A stretch of DNA of 63,873 nt, filler included, from Lama guanicoe (lineage: Eukaryota), in assembly GCA_013239625.1 (NCBI GenBank). It is 185 parts of 185 records of this genome, joined end to end, with 100 filler letters (N's around TTAATTAATTAA, not from the genome) between each part and the next. Parts side by side here need not be neighbours in the genome. Positions count along the whole stretch, not along the records: positions 62,244 to 62,489 come from PNXV01047611.1; positions 62,590 to 62,835 come from PNXV01047612.1; positions 62,936 to 63,181 come from PNXV01047613.1; positions 63,282 to 63,527 come from PNXV01047614.1; positions 63,628 to 63,873 come from PNXV01047615.1; 180 more parts are not named here. One strand, 5' to 3'. The notes under the pieces were generated by a model that saw only the letters and a program-made list of their open reading frames with translations, made no database searches and was not told the origin of the DNA. How positions within the stretch are numbered: the first letter of the stretch is position 1; each line of letters begins with the position of its first letter. Shown one piece after another: positions 62,144-63,873 of this stretch. A program made the translations under genes and the position numbers.

Positions 62144-63873
62144 NNNNNNNNNNNNNNNNNNNNNNNNNNNNNNNNNNNNNNNNNNNNTTAATTAATTAAN
62201 NNNNNNNNNNNNNNNNNNNNNNNNNNNNNNNNNNNNNNNNNNNGGACACAGCCTCACTGAAGGGGATGGAGGAAGAAGGTTCTGAACAAAGCAACTCTGG
62301 GCAGGAGTAGAATTAGTAAGACTGAAGGCTGTAGGAAACATGCATAAGGTGGATAGAGCAGTTTACTCCTGGGTACATAGGTTAGCAATCCCGATGTCAC
62401 TGTGCCTGTCTCCTGGCACTGAACATTTAACAACATAAACGCGAGAACCTGGTTCTGCTGGAGCAGGGGTACACAGAGAAACAAGAGGGNNNNNNNNNNN
62501 NNNNNNNNNNNNNNNNNNNNNNNNNNNNNNNNNTTAATTAATTAANNNNNNNNNNNNNNNNNNNNNNNNNNNNNNNNNNNNNNNNNNNNTGTCGTTCTTT
62601 GCTTTGCTTCTCTCCATCTCTCCACGTGTTGAATGATGTTACATTCAAAGAAAACTTACGTGATTTAAAAATCCATCAGCAGCTCTACTGCCTCGTGTAA
62701 TCCTGTCCACCTTGGTCAAAGCTCAGGCCTCAAAAAGAAACCAGACCTTTCTATATTTCTGCATATTTTGTTCATGTTGCAGGATGTTGGTCCCTGGCCA
62801 GCATTCATGTGACAGCTTCCCATATGAATGTTAAANNNNNNNNNNNNNNNNNNNNNNNNNNNNNNNNNNNNNNNNNNNNTTAATTAATTAANNNNNNNNN
62901 NNNNNNNNNNNNNNNNNNNNNNNNNNNNNNNNNNNCCGACCCTGCCCCATTTTCTGAAAAAGCCTCCCAGGCTTACGGCCTCTCCGGCCACTGTAAATGT
63001 CATCCACATTGTCTACCTGTTGAACCGAGTATCTACATCTGACCAAGAGCAGGGGAGATTCTGACACGTGCCCAGTGGTGAGGACACGAAAGAAATTTTC
63101 TGCATGCAGGGTCCCCTGCTATAAATCTCAGCATAAATCTCAGCACACCCAGTCATTGGTAAGCATGGATGATTTGGACACNNNNNNNNNNNNNNNNNNN
63201 NNNNNNNNNNNNNNNNNNNNNNNNNTTAATTAATTAANNNNNNNNNNNNNNNNNNNNNNNNNNNNNNNNNNNNNNNNNNNNACGTTCAAAGTCCATCAGG
63301 TAGACATAGAAAGTGGGTCATCTAGTTCAAGATCCTCTTTTTATCACATTTTAATTTTAATTTAAAAAAGTGGAACTGGAATAATGTGCTTCCTAACTCT
63401 GTTGCAGCTGCCTTTTTTGACCACACTTCACTATCCCAAGACCATCTTCTTTTTTTTTTCCTATCTTCTAATTCTCATTATTTCAGTTATGTTATATTTC
63501 TCTGTCCTCTTTATTTATTTTTCTGGANNNNNNNNNNNNNNNNNNNNNNNNNNNNNNNNNNNNNNNNNNNNTTAATTAATTAANNNNNNNNNNNNNNNNN
63601 NNNNNNNNNNNNNNNNNNNNNNNNNNNGGGCAGGGTGGAGGCACAAAGATTTCCTGAGCTGAGACTCTACCAGGAAAGAACCTAACCTTCTGATGCAGGG
63701 GCAGAGGGAGCGGTAAGTGCAGGCAAGGAGAAGAGGGATGAGCCAGATGGCAGATGCGGGGAGCGGGCTGTGGGGCTGGGAAGGTGGATGCGCTCTCATC
63801 TGACTGCTCGCTTTGATGTTCTCAGTGAAATAAGAAGCAAGACCTCTGGCTGAGAGGGAGGGTGGGGGAAGCG

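Noticed and set aside
246..63627. Regular repeat-plus-unique-spacer pattern resembling a CRISPR or cassette array
   Set aside because: The repeat is a 12-mer embedded in exactly 44+44 N, a synthetic linker. The spacers are ~246-bp mammalian fragments, and no cas or integrase gene is present.
1115..63799. Numerous 60-98 aa ORFs ending in XXXX-LIN or XXXX-N
   Set aside because: Their lengths are inflated by N runs and they end in the linker, many starting at GTG/TTG. Only the OR, L1 and CSNK1A1 pieces resemble known proteins.

Overview
This window is not a contiguous locus. It is an artificial concatenation of 185 unrelated contigs of 240-246 bp, each separated by an identical 100-bp linker (N44-TTAATTAATTAA-N44) whose palindromic 12-mer puts a TAA stop in all six frames. 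The contigs appear sorted by length (245 bp, then 246 bp), as in a pseudo-scaffold of unplaced contigs, so adjacency carries no biological meaning. The DNA is mammalian: LINE-1, L2, MIR, MaLR/ERV LTR and hAT fragments, microsatellites and CpG-island pieces. Two tRNA-derived SINEs with target-site duplications resemble the camelid SINE family, suggesting alpaca, llama or camel (inference). Gene-derived pieces are two partial olfactory receptor CDSs, a frameshifted CSNK1A1 processed pseudogene and a possible decayed COL12A1-like FN3 exon. There are three tandem-repeat families (7-bp AGAATAY, 39-bp GC-rich, about 19-bp) and one near-identical contig pair that looks like a de Bruijn bubble. I found no support for a novel multi-gene system. 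Most ORF-track entries are chance ORFs ending in the linker. Repeat family and gene names come from recognition, not from database searches.
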